This document shows, one piece after another, positions 10,019 to 19,708 of a stretch of 64,000 nt of DNA. Origin of the DNA: Alphaproteobacteria bacterium (GTDB taxonomy: Bacteria > Pseudomonadota > Alphaproteobacteria > Rs-D84); contig SUUO01000002.1 in NCBI GenBank assembly GCA_015062485.1, positions 19,605-83,604 on the forward strand, in the 5' to 3' direction. A model generated the notes under the pieces. It searched no databases. It saw nothing but the letters and a program-made list of their open reading frames with translations, and had not been told where the DNA came from. Both the position numbers and the translations under genes were made by a program. Positions within the stretch are counted from its first letter, which is position 1; the number at the start of each line of letters is the position of its first letter.

Positions 10019-10047
10019 AAAAAATCCCGGCATTGCCGGGATTTTTT
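10019..10047. terminator. Bidirectional intrinsic terminator
   Basis: AAAAAATCCCGGC-ATT-GCCGGGATTTTTT between convergent parE and the 10046-11380 ORF. Confidence 0.75.
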
Positions 10048-11380
10048 AATGGATACCAACTGTAAATTCGTCACCCCAACCGGCAACCGTCTGACCGCCA
10101 ATTGTACAATTCAAATCTTCAAAGCCCTCTTCTACCTGGTGTTTCTTTACAACGCTGCTGGTAATCAAACCGCCGGCCGTACCCAACACAACACCCGCAA
10201 TAGAATCCGATGCAAGGCGCGCCGTATTAAATTTACCTTCTTCCGTCTTCCACTTGCTGACTTCTAAATCCGCCACGTTGGCCCGCAAACTATCAAGCGC
10301 CGCCTCAACACGCGTTGCCGCCTCTCCGGACAACACAATCGTTGTTGATGAATCATCCCCCGCGACACAGGTCTCCTTTACCAATAGGCTCAAATCATCA
10401 TACAGGCGTAAAAAAGCATCCTTGTCCGGTGCATTACCACAATAATCTTCCAGTGCTTTAATTTCTGCCAAAACCTCTGCAAAATCTGCACATTGCGTTT
10501 TCCAAGATGCAAGTTTGCCCAACAAAGCAGAATCACAAACATATTTATCGGGATTTTCGCCGACACCTGATATTTTACAAGAATATTCATTTCCTTCTTT
10601 TACAAAATTACCACCATTTACACAAAGGCACTTTCCTATACTTGGCGTCCATATTGTTTCCGACGACGGTTTTGCACAACACGCCTTGCACAGTTCGGAC
10701 GTACAAACCGATGGATGACATTTACCAACAACCGGTTTAACCGGCACTTCTGGATTGGTCGGCGGTGTTGGCTCCACAGATTTCGCAGTGCCCACACATT
10801 TACCATCCTTATCCGCCGTCATTCCGCCACGACATTTGGTTGCAACACATTTAAACAATGGTCCTTCGAAACACACCCCTTTAAACTCAACCCCCAAAAT
10901 ATCTGTCTTGTTATATCCACTGCAATCAATATCCGTTAATTTTTTGCATCCACCATCACCTGGCACACAATCACCAACCGCTACATCACCAAAACCCTTG
11001 GTGTGACAGACTCCATCCTCTACAACAACCCATCTGTTATCAACAATACCTGGGTTTTTACATTGATATTTTACCTCTTTATCGATAACCTGCCCTTTAA
11101 AAATATGTCCCGGGGCCATAGTTACTACATCCAATCTGCCACAGCCACCACTTTTGCCCATATCGCATTCATACGCGTGTCCATCCCCAGAATTCTTTTT
11201 CCCAGAATTTGTGTACCCCTGCTTTGCCAACAAGTATTCACGTTCAGATACGTACAAAAATTCATTATCATCTGGTTCTTGATTACCTACATAACTGATT
11301 GTCACCGGTGTATTACAATCCGCCATAACAGCCGGCATCATCAAAAACAAAGAAAACACAGCAAACACTATATTTTTCAT
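10046..11380 (-). CDS. Secreted cysteine-rich protein with C-terminal Gly-rich hydrophobic segment, hypothetical
   Basis: Signal peptide (MKNIVFAVFSLFLMMPAVMA), more than 35 Cys, a Pro-rich linker (EPTPPTNPEVPVKP) and a late hydrophobic segment (IAGVVLGTAGGLITSSVV). Confidence 0.6.
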   Translation of the reverse strand: MKNIVFAVFSLFLMMPAVMADCNTPVTISYVGNQEPDDNEFLYVSEREYLLAKQGYTNSGKKNSGDGHAYECDMGKSGGCGRLDVVTMAPGHIFKGQVIDKEVKYQCKNPGIVDNRWVVVEDGVCHTKGFGDVAVGDCVPGDGGCKKLTDIDCSGYNKTDILGVEFKGVCFEGPLFKCVATKCRGGMTADKDGKCVGTAKSVEPTPPTNPEVPVKPVVGKCHPSVCTSELCKACCAKPSSETIWTPSIGKCLCVNGGNFVKEGNEYSCKISGVGENPDKYVCDSALLGKLASWKTQCADFAEVLAEIKALEDYCGNAPDKDAFLRLYDDLSLLVKETCVAGDDSSTTIVLSGEAATRVEAALDSLRANVADLEVSKWKTEEGKFNTARLASDSIAGVVLGTAGGLITSSVVKKHQVEEGFEDLNCTIGGQTVAGWGDEFTVGIH

Positions 11381-11454
11381 TACATTCCCCCATATAATAT
11401 CAAGTATATTTTATCATAAAAACAACACCTAACAAAACAAAAACTTAGATAAAT

Positions 11455-11483
11455 AAAAAATCCCGCGTCCCGCGGGATTTTTT
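11455..11483 (-). terminator. Intrinsic terminator downstream of dnaA
   Basis: AAAAAATCCCGCG-TCC-CGCGGGATTTTTT abutting the dnaA stop. Confidence 0.7.
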
Positions 11484-12768
11484 ATTTACATTCGTTAATC
11501 AATTGTTGAATCTGGGCGGCCAACAATAAATCATTCGCCTTTTGTTTTTCAATCTGACGTACCGCATACAAAACCGTCGCGTGATCACGTCCACCAACAT
11601 AATTTCCAATTTCCGCCAAAGACAGGCCCGTTGCACCCTTTAATACCGCCATCATTGTCTGACGTGCCAAGACCAAATTACGACTGCGCCCGGTGCCACA
11701 TACCGCGTCATATGAAACACCCAATTTTTCACACATATTTTTAACCATCGCCAATGGTGTTTTTGCGCGCTGTAATGTATCCGCCAACAAACGGGATGCA
11801 ACATCCATATCAACACTTGCACCCATCAATTCAGAATAAGTTTTGATTTTCGTCGCCACACCCGCAACCAAGTGTCCATCATTTGCAATGCGATTTGCCA
11901 ATTCATTTGCAACATCGGCCGCAACCCCCGCACGACGCAATAAAACAGATTTAACGTGCGCATTTGGTGCCACAACATCCGCAACCAGGCCCGATGCCAA
12001 CAAAGACTGTGCACGTCTGTCGAATCCGGTCAAATTATTTGGCGCCGCATTTGCAGTTAAAACAACATTCTTGCCTGCGGCTTTTAAATCCATAACCAAC
12101 TGCAAGAATTCATCCATTGTTGCCTTTTTTCCGGCCAAACCTTGTACATCATCCAGAATAAAAGTATCACAATTACGGCAATAATCTTTGAATGCAAAAA
12201 CGGTGCGATCGTGCAAACTGCGTGTAAAGTCGGATACAAACTGACCGCCATTCATCATAATAACGCGACCCGTGGATGCATTTTTAACACAACCCGCCAA
12301 CAAAGATTTTCCGCAACCGGCGCCCCCGTGAATATACAGTGGTGAAAAAGATGCCGCACCAGACGCAATCTTTTTGCACGCCGACAGAACAAAAACATTG
12401 TCATCTGTCGCAACAAAAGAATCGAATGCAACGGTGTTGTTTGCCTCTGGCGCAATGCTTGGCGCAAAAGATTGCGTATTATTATCATTTGCAACCGGTG
12501 CAACAGATGCATTGCGTTTTGTACCCGCAACATAAACATTCAATGCCAAACCAAAGTTTTCCACCACATTACGCAAAACATTTCCATACGCCGCATTGAT
12601 ATAGTTAAAAGAGAACTGATTCTGTACGCCGCAATTTAACACACCATTTTCAATTTCAAACGCAATCGGCGCAATCCAAGAAGTAAAACCCGCGGCATCA
12701 ATTTTTTCGGCAACAGCCCCCTTGATAACATCAACGTTTACCATTTGATTTGTCGCCATTGCCTGCAT
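11482..12768 (-). CDS. dnaA: Chromosomal replication initiator protein DnaA
   Basis: AAA+ Walker A (GGAGCGKSLL), Walker B (FILDDVQ) and domain IV (LSLAEIGNYVGGRDHATVLYAVRQIE). The start is placed at the ATG at 12768, 7 nt after GGAG. Confidence 0.9.
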   Translation of the reverse strand: MQAMATNQMVNVDVIKGAVAEKIDAAGFTSWIAPIAFEIENGVLNCGVQNQFSFNYINAAYGNVLRNVVENFGLALNVYVAGTKRNASVAPVANDNNTQSFAPSIAPEANNTVAFDSFVATDDNVFVLSACKKIASGAASFSPLYIHGGAGCGKSLLAGCVKNASTGRVIMMNGGQFVSDFTRSLHDRTVFAFKDYCRNCDTFILDDVQGLAGKKATMDEFLQLVMDLKAAGKNVVLTANAAPNNLTGFDRRAQSLLASGLVADVVAPNAHVKSVLLRRAGVAADVANELANRIANDGHLVAGVATKIKTYSELMGASVDMDVASRLLADTLQRAKTPLAMVKNMCEKLGVSYDAVCGTGRSRNLVLARQTMMAVLKGATGLSLAEIGNYVGGRDHATVLYAVRQIEKQKANDLLLAAQIQQLINECK

Positions 12769-13173
12769 TCTTATTCTCCTTTCCTTCCCGTTTTGTTGCA
12801 CCCGTATCCCGCGTTTTGATTGCAAAAGACACCCGCACATAAACGCTAAATCTTTCCCAACAAAAGAAAAAATTTAGTGTTTATACTTGCCTTAACTTCT
12901 ACACTCTTCTCGCTTCTGTACCGGGTTCTTCCTTTCAAAAACCGGGTACCGTTTTTATATTTTGGCACCAAACTTTTCTTTATATTATTCAGAAAAAGTT
13001 TCGCACCCTTTTGTGATATTTCTATCGTTTTGGATACGTCAAATAATTTATAAGATTAATTTCAATTTACAACTACTTTAAAACGTTTTTTTAACATTTA
13101 TTTTTTTGACAACGATTCGTTTTTTTGCCTGTTTTCTGCACTTTGTATATACACTGTCTATACAAATTTTTTA

Positions 13174-14196
13174 TTAAGCACGAACATAACCGCCATCAAC
13201 TTTTCGCACGATTCCTTGCAATTCTAAAACAACCAACTCACTTTTGATTTCCGAAACAGATTTTTTGACAACCTCTGCCAATACAGATTCTGACACCGGA
13301 ATTGTTCCCAACGCATCAATAAGACTATTTTCCGAATCGAATTTTTTCTCATTTTTTTGTTTTTGGGGTGTGTCATTACCTTTTTCAAAAAAATCCCCCA
13401 CCCCCATACAAAGTGTTGCCACACCCGCACGAATCAAGGAATTAGGCCCCGCCCCCCGCGGATCTGACGGATGTGACGGAATTGCATATACCGGCCGCCC
13501 ATATTCAACTGCGAATCGCGCCGTCGTCATAGAGCCCGATTTCATATCCGCCTCGCCCAGAATCAGGGTATCACACATCCCCGCAACGATTCGATTGCGC
13601 TGAACAAAGTTTGGGGCCGTTGGCTTAAAACCAACCGGCATTTCGCTTATCACACATCCACGTTCCAAGATTTGGTAATAAAGCGATTCGTTTTCAAGTG
13701 GCCAAATATAATCAACCCCACCCGCCAGAACCGCAATCGTCACCGCATCCGCCGATGCACGCAACGCGCCACGATGCGCCGCCGTATCACAGCCCATTGC
13801 CATCCCAGACGCCACCACAAAACCACGCGACGCAAACGCCATTGACATATTCGCCATAAATTCCATCCCCGCCGCCGTTGCGTGCCGCGTTCCAACCATC
13901 GACACAACCGGACGTGTCAATGCATCCACATTGCCACGCACCGATATTACCGGCGGATGGTTTTTAATGGCCTTTAAGCCCACTGGATATCGCGCATCAT
14001 CATCACATATGTATTCTATCCCCAGATTTGCGGCATTATCCATTTCACGCCGCACCATATCAATATGTGACGCATCCATCATTAAACTGGCCGCCGCCTG
14101 TTCCACAGAACCGAATCGCGCAATCAAATCATTATATCGCGCGGGCCCAATACCCGGCGTTCGCAAAATCAGCAATTTTTCAAATAAATCTTTCAT
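13174..14196 (-). CDS. dprA: DNA-processing protein DprA (Smf)
   Basis: Rossmann-like DprA core (VSMVGTRHAT...SGMAMGCDTAAHRGAL...GGVDYIWP) and a C-terminal winged-helix-like tail. Confidence 0.85.
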   Translation of the reverse strand: MKDLFEKLLILRTPGIGPARYNDLIARFGSVEQAAASLMMDASHIDMVRREMDNAANLGIEYICDDDARYPVGLKAIKNHPPVISVRGNVDALTRPVVSMVGTRHATAAGMEFMANMSMAFASRGFVVASGMAMGCDTAAHRGALRASADAVTIAVLAGGVDYIWPLENESLYYQILERGCVISEMPVGFKPTAPNFVQRNRIVAGMCDTLILGEADMKSGSMTTARFAVEYGRPVYAIPSHPSDPRGAGPNSLIRAGVATLCMGVGDFFEKGNDTPQKQKNEKKFDSENSLIDALGTIPVSESVLAEVVKKSVSEIKSELVVLELQGIVRKVDGGYVRA

Positions 14197-14242
14197 ATTA
14201 CGATCATAGCGAATTTATATATAATGATAAAAGTCAAAAATT

Positions 14243-14268
14243 AAATCCCCATTGCGGGGATTTTTTTT
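14243..14268 (-). terminator. Intrinsic terminator
   Basis: AAATCCCC-ATTG-CGGGGATTTTTTTT immediately after the stop of ORF 14267-15103. Confidence 0.65.
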
Positions 14269-15103
14269 AACATTTCAACAATGCGTCATAATCAAATTCC
14301 TTGCAGTCATCTGGTGCCACCCCTTTTGGCCACACGGACGCATCATCACAATACTTCTTTAATTCGGTCAAAGAATCACGAATATCATCATACTTAGAAG
14401 ACTTTTCCTGATGCAAAACCTTCATCTGGGAACACAGCAATTGTGTCTTATCTGTTATACTGGCCTGTCCCTCAACCGCGCCACCAATTAATTTATTACC
14501 GAACAATTCCATTGCGCCAACACCAATTCCTGCGCCCCCGACGGCGCCACCAACCGTTGCCCAGGTACGTCCCTTTTTCTTGGCATCCAAGATACGGTTT
14601 TTTAACGTTTCTTCATTTGCCCATTCGCCACAGGTGATATTTTCACCCATTACAAAGTATTTTGTTGGGATATCTGAAACATTGATACGCGAATCGTTTG
14701 ATTTTAATCCAACCTTTACAAAACAAACATTATTTTCTGGGAACTCTACATCCTCTATCATAGAATTATAGTCTGCACTGTTACTGTACTTGGACGCCCA
14801 AACAAAAGTCGCCCCCACACCAATATTATTTTGGATACAGGCCGCCTTTTCGCGTTCACGCATATCTTTTGTTTTTTCTTCCTTTTCAACAACATCTGGA
14901 ACGACCGTTGGCGCCTCTTCCACCACAGTGGTATCGGCCGGAACGACATTCGTTGCCGCCATATTATTGATGTATTTCTTGGATACCGCGCGTGCCTCCA
15001 TCTGATTTGCCATCGACGCGCGTCCACGCGACGACGCCGGCACCGCGCCCCACGCCGGTACAACAACAGATGCAAATGCAAACATAATAAACAAATTTCT
15101 CAT
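14267..15103 (-). CDS. Secreted hypothetical protein with Gly-zipper hydrophobic segment
   Basis: Signal peptide (MRNLFIMFAFASVVVPAWG), the segment WATVGGAVGGAGIGVGAMELF, and a Cys-containing C-terminus. GAGGGA RBS lies 9 nt upstream of the ATG at 15103. Confidence 0.55.
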   Translation of the reverse strand: MRNLFIMFAFASVVVPAWGAVPASSRGRASMANQMEARAVSKKYINNMAATNVVPADTTVVEEAPTVVPDVVEKEEKTKDMREREKAACIQNNIGVGATFVWASKYSNSADYNSMIEDVEFPENNVCFVKVGLKSNDSRINVSDIPTKYFVMGENITCGEWANEETLKNRILDAKKKGRTWATVGGAVGGAGIGVGAMELFGNKLIGGAVEGQASITDKTQLLCSQMKVLHQEKSSKYDDIRDSLTELKKYCDDASVWPKGVAPDDCKEFDYDALLKC

Positions 15104-15202
15104 CGTCCATTTCCCTCTAATAATATCAGGGATATTATACCACAAAATCCCTTAAAAATAAAGATATAAAACAAACGGCCACAAAATCGTGACCGTTAAG
15201 AT

Positions 15203-15793
15203 TTATTTTTTCCACTTCCATTCTATTTTTGATTCTGTCCCACCAATCAGTCGCCCAATATTCGCGCGATGTCGCCACATACAAAGCAACCCAATCGCCA
15301 AGAATGGCCAACCAACCGAATAACTAATTGCAAACCCCAACACCGGAATTAAACAGAACACAATCACCGCCCCCAGCGATGAAATCCCCGACGTCAACGC
15401 AACCAACAACCATTCAATTCCACATACCACAAAGGATACCGGACTGACCGCCAGCAACACACCAAACAGGGATGAAATCCCCTTGCCCCCGCGAAAGCGC
15501 AACCACACCGGATAGCAATGACCAACAATTGCCGCAAACCCGCACCAGGCGCCAAATGCCACATCCGCGACCCAATAACCAATAAACACCGCAACAATTG
15601 CCTTGGCCATATCCAGAATCCACACCAACCCCGCCATACGCAGTCCACCCACACGCATAACGTTTGTCGCGCCGATATTACCACTGCCAACCTTGCGCAG
15701 GTCCCCCTTGCCCATCATTTTGGTAAACAACAGTCCCATTGGAACAGAACCCAGCAAATAAGCAATAATTATTGCCAAAACAAAATATATCAT
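15203..15793 (-). CDS. plsY: Glycerol-3-phosphate acyltransferase PlsY
   Basis: Polytopic membrane protein with GSGNIGATNVMR and the FRGGKG motif. Confidence 0.9.
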   Translation of the reverse strand: MIYFVLAIIIAYLLGSVPMGLLFTKMMGKGDLRKVGSGNIGATNVMRVGGLRMAGLVWILDMAKAIVAVFIGYWVADVAFGAWCGFAAIVGHCYPVWLRFRGGKGISSLFGVLLAVSPVSFVVCGIEWLLVALTSGISSLGAVIVFCLIPVLGFAISYSVGWPFLAIGLLCMWRHRANIGRLIGGTESKIEWKWKK

Positions 15794-15866
15794 ATTCTTT
15801 TTCCTTGATTTTAAGTTTCTTTTCTATAAAATAACAAAAACATTACAAAAATAAAAGGAAAATAAC

Positions 15867-16127
15867 GTGGCAAATCACAAGTCATCTGAAAAAAGAATTT
15901 TGGTCTCGGCCAAGAAAAATGCTATTAACACATCTCGTCGCAGTGCTGTAAAAACAGCGGCCAAGAAGGTTCTGGTTGCGGTTGAATCCGGCGACAAAGC
16001 GGCGGCAACGATTGCGGCACGCAACGCAGAAAGCAAGATTATGAAATCTGCGGGCAAAATTATGCCAAAGAAACGCGCTGCTCGTAAAATTTCTCGTTTG
16101 ACCAAGAAAGTCGCTGCAATGGCTTAA
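15867..16127 (+). CDS. rpsT: 30S ribosomal protein S20
   Basis: MANHKSSEKRILVSAKKNAINTSRRSAVKT... is a basic 86-aa protein. GTG start follows an AAAGGA RBS. Confidence 0.95.
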   Translation: MANHKSSEKRILVSAKKNAINTSRRSAVKTAAKKVLVAVESGDKAAATIAARNAESKIMKSAGKIMPKKRAARKISRLTKKVAAMA

Positions 16128-16151
16128 TGCGTGTTGAACGCAAACAAATTC

Positions 16152-16174
16152 GTGCGCCACGTGCGCACTTTTTG
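16152..16174 (+). terminator. Intrinsic terminator of rpsT
   Basis: GTGCGC-CACGT-GCGCAC followed by TTTTT. Confidence 0.7.
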
Positions 16175-16385
16175 TCGTTATAATAATTAATCAACGTACC
16201 ATATGTAATTAAGTCCCCTTGCGCTGAATAAAAATTAAATAGAATGATTTAGATAAAAAGAAATCAGGAATCGTAGTGCACCTTGCAAAATTAAAGATAA
16301 TGGTATAGATAAACTAATTGGGTGTATCGTAGTGTACAGACACTACATAAGACACCCCCAATTCGCTTTAGATATGCCATTAAAT

Positions 16386-18014
16386 TTAATTTAGCGGTGC
16401 GCCCCAATGCTGTTGAATCGTACGCTCTGAATCCAGCGGACTTACCAACACCTGTGGCGTCAGGATAACCACCAGAACCTCTCGTGTGGATGCGGTTTCA
16501 CGTGATCCCGACAGCGCCATAAAGTCCGGATCCCCCAGGCCATAACGCGTATCTTCGCTGGTCTGTTTTTCAAAGCCCGATACAACCAACATCTGACCCG
16601 ATTCCATAATCACTTCTTGCATAAAGCTACGTTCTTCAACCTCTGGTAATTGCAGGGTAACCTCGCCAATCGTCTGGGTTGACATACGCAACAATTCACG
16701 AACCGACATACGGAATAACAGCAAAATACGCCCATTTTCCAAAACATTTGGCAACAGTTGCATTGTGAAACCCGTTTCCAGATCGTCTTGGTCAACGGTA
16801 CTGGATTCAACCGTTGTAAAATTACGTGATTCAAAACGTTTGATGTATCCGGTTGTACGTGTGTTACTTACCGGTGCAACGCGATTTGAACGCGTTGTCA
16901 CACCAACGTTTGTTACCAGGGATACCTTGCCCTGTTTTGCCAACGCCTCTATCAGGGCATTACTGCCCGCGGCGGCCGACAAAGAACCATTCATAATTTG
17001 GTCATTTGTATACGCACCCTCGACCGTGGTGGACCCTTCCATATGGGTTGCACCGGTCAGGGCCGACACCGCATTCGACAATACCGCAATATTCATCGAA
17101 CTTGCCTCGGTCGATGCCAGGTTATTTTTTGGATTTGCAACGATATTCAATCCAGACGTTGAATTAATCGCCGCCGCTAAATTCAAACCAAACGCCGTAT
17201 CATTTGAAATTGTAACCTGTAAAACCTTTACATCAATTGTCACCAACTGGGACAGACGTTTATTCTGGCGCTCAATATATTCACCAATACGATTTAAAAT
17301 CGATGGCGGTGCGGTGACCGTAATTGTGCCCAAACTGCGCGACACGGTAAAGTCTGCATTATCCGCCTTGCCAATAATAGATGCGATTGTACTTTCAACC
17401 TCGTCCCATTCTTTCAGGGTTGATTCCAAAGATACCTGGTTCCCTTCGTCGGTGGTAACGGCCGTCTGATACGACACGTCCGTACCCAACGCATATAATG
17501 TAAATGTCTTGGTTTCTGTTTCATAGAAAACGATGGCATTATTATCATAGTACCAAAGGATATCTAAATCCGTCGAAATCTGGGACAGCAAGCCCGACAA
17601 TTTGCCGGTATACGCAACATTTACAGTCTTACGTAATTTTTCGGCATTAACCTGGCTGTCGATGCGCACCGGAATACCGGTTACCGAATAAATATCGTTT
17701 GCCAAAACCTGTAATGAGACCGGTTCATTTAATAATATAGTAACACCGGTATCTGTTTCGAATTTAGCCGGCAAATTATTACGATGTTCCAATACGGTCG
17801 ACGTATCCCCCAGCCATACCCCTTCGGACATAGAAACAGTATCACCCGTTGCCACCTTGGCACGTGGATTCTTTGCCATTTCGAACGCATCATACGCGTT
17901 AATAAAATCAGTATCAACGGCGGCCGCCACCTTGGCCGATTCTTTGGTTGCACAACCCGCCAATGCCGCGCATATCAGTCCACAGACAGCCAACAATTTA
18001 AATGATTTTTTCAT
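16386..18014 (-). CDS. PilN-like lipoprotein secretin (type IVb pilus / R64 PilN family)
   Basis: Lipobox (LAGC). The secretin C-domain ends ..VVSGFEKQTSEDTRYGLGDPDFMALSGSRETASTREVLVVILTPQVL. The start is placed at MKKSFKLL (18014). Confidence 0.65.
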   Translation of the reverse strand: MKKSFKLLAVCGLICAALAGCATKESAKVAAAVDTDFINAYDAFEMAKNPRAKVATGDTVSMSEGVWLGDTSTVLEHRNNLPAKFETDTGVTILLNEPVSLQVLANDIYSVTGIPVRIDSQVNAEKLRKTVNVAYTGKLSGLLSQISTDLDILWYYDNNAIVFYETETKTFTLYALGTDVSYQTAVTTDEGNQVSLESTLKEWDEVESTIASIIGKADNADFTVSRSLGTITVTAPPSILNRIGEYIERQNKRLSQLVTIDVKVLQVTISNDTAFGLNLAAAINSTSGLNIVANPKNNLASTEASSMNIAVLSNAVSALTGATHMEGSTTVEGAYTNDQIMNGSLSAAAGSNALIEALAKQGKVSLVTNVGVTTRSNRVAPVSNTRTTGYIKRFESRNFTTVESSTVDQDDLETGFTMQLLPNVLENGRILLLFRMSVRELLRMSTQTIGEVTLQLPEVEERSFMQEVIMESGQMLVVSGFEKQTSEDTRYGLGDPDFMALSGSRETASTREVLVVILTPQVLVSPLDSERTIQQHWGAPLN

Positions 18015-18048
18015 ATGTAATCTCCCCCTTGGCAGACGCATTTATTTT

Positions 18049-18990
18049 TTATTGTTCCGACGTTGAAATTACCAACACACGATTTCCCTTATAGAATTTT
18101 GCATATGGAACCGGTGTTGCACGACCAAAATTACGCACCAGCGCAGACGCCACATCAACAAAACGTCCTTTGAACACGGCACTGGCCTGGATTGGATATT
18201 CACGCGACGTTGTCCAAACCAAATCCCAGCCCTCTTTATCACACCAAGACTGCAAAACATCACGCAATGTCTGGCCATTAGCAACAACCCATGAACGAAC
18301 CTGATCCTTTACAACCTTGGGCGCCTCTGCATCGGCGGTTTCCGCAACCAAGATTTCTGTTTCTGATTCTGTAACGGTTTCTGTTGCCTCTGCTTCGGAT
18401 ACAATATTGCCATTCGCATCCATTGTTGTCTTTATACCGGCGCGTTCCGCAAACGCAGCATAGTTATCCGCATACTTGCCACAGTTTTTGCGATTACTGC
18501 GCGACACAGACAAAACCGTACCGCCATCATCTTCTAACATTTCTCGACTTAGCAGTGGCATTTCCGTACCATCGGCACATTCGTCATCAAAGCCGGCCGG
18601 CACCTGCATCCCGTGCAACATATTTGCACCACCGGACCAACCCATAAATTCACCACGCGCCCCCAGATTAAAGTTGTTTTCAACAACCAAATCCGCACCA
18701 ACACGCGACACAATACGAATATTATCAGAATTCTTTTTCGGCCCATCACAGGCAACCTCTACATCCGCATCCGAACCCGCCAATGGCCACGCCGGAACAT
18801 CTGCATATTGCGTCACCATTTCCGTTTCGTCAATTTGAACAGATTCTGTAACCTCTTCCACGCCACCATCGACAATTTTGTCCTGGCCATAGAACACCTC
18901 AGACGTAACGACCTGGGGTAAATTTTCAGCAGCGAAACAATATCCTGCCGCCGTTGCGCACATTGCTGCAAACAAAATTTTGCGGAACAT
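18049..18990 (-). CDS. Secreted protein with C-terminal TcpQ/PilL-like domain
   Basis: Signal peptide and an acidic middle region. The C-terminus WVVANGQTLRDVLQSWCDKEGWDLVWTTSREYPIQASAVFKGRFVDVASALVRNF resembles the TcpQ domain found in PilL proteins. The gene sits directly upstream of the secretin. Confidence 0.5.
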   Translation of the reverse strand: MFRKILFAAMCATAAGYCFAAENLPQVVTSEVFYGQDKIVDGGVEEVTESVQIDETEMVTQYADVPAWPLAGSDADVEVACDGPKKNSDNIRIVSRVGADLVVENNFNLGARGEFMGWSGGANMLHGMQVPAGFDDECADGTEMPLLSREMLEDDGGTVLSVSRSNRKNCGKYADNYAAFAERAGIKTTMDANGNIVSEAEATETVTESETEILVAETADAEAPKVVKDQVRSWVVANGQTLRDVLQSWCDKEGWDLVWTTSREYPIQASAVFKGRFVDVASALVRNFGRATPVPYAKFYKGNRVLVISTSEQ

Positions 18991-19165
18991 AATTAAAACC
19001 TTCCTTCTTTTAATTTAGTAATATTATATCAATTTGACCGAATCTGTGCAAGGGCTAAAACACACATAAATCAAACAAAAAAATATCCCCCAAAGATAAA
19101 ATCGCACGAATCGGCAAAAGATGCTATACTGGCATACGAACAAAAGATAAATCGGGGGTAAATAA

Positions 19166-19708
19166 ATGGAAAATTGGCTGATTTTAGGCGCTTTTATATT
19201 AATCATTTGTATCTGTATTGCGATGATGTTTTTTATGTACCGCATAAACGGTCGTATCAGCGACGCAAACAAAACACTAAGCCACCAATACAGCCTTATT
19301 GTAAAAATTCAGTCTGTGCTAAAGAATAAATCTGCAACGAATGCCGTGGCCGAAAACGCCGAAATGATTTACCAGGATTTGTTGCAAAACCTAATTCCTA
19401 TTATGGCAACGATTGATATTATGCCCCGCAACACATCCGAGCACCCCTTGTGGCGCGCATTGGGCGGAATTATGGACGAATACGCACGCAATCCATTTGC
19501 ATTGGAAAAATTACGTCGCGCAATAAAACTTGATTCTGAAATTGCCCGCAGCGTTGATAATTATATGCGACGCGCGGATGCATTTTTGGCACATCTGAAC
19601 GCAACCGAACCAGACGGAATATTGTCCGCAACATTTACGGATGGATTACTGGGTAAATCTCTTACTTTCTTTGCCCAGGCAAAACAACTTGCAACCCAGG
19701 GTGAATAG
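19166..19708 (+). CDS. Membrane-anchored hypothetical protein
   Basis: 180-aa ORF with an N-terminal TM segment (LILGAFILIICICIAMMFFM). Its stop abuts the sufB start. GGGGG RBS is present. Confidence 0.5.
   Translation: MENWLILGAFILIICICIAMMFFMYRINGRISDANKTLSHQYSLIVKIQSVLKNKSATNAVAENAEMIYQDLLQNLIPIMATIDIMPRNTSEHPLWRALGGIMDEYARNPFALEKLRRAIKLDSEIARSVDNYMRRADAFLAHLNATEPDGILSATFTDGLLGKSLTFFAQAKQLATQGE

Noticed and set aside
12769-13173. AT-rich 400-bp region upstream of dnaA, considered as a candidate oriC.
   Set aside because: Only weak 7/9 matches to TTATCCACA (for example TTTGGATAC) are present and there is no cluster of boxes. In alphaproteobacteria the origin is usually not next to dnaA. 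It cannot be supported from this sequence alone.
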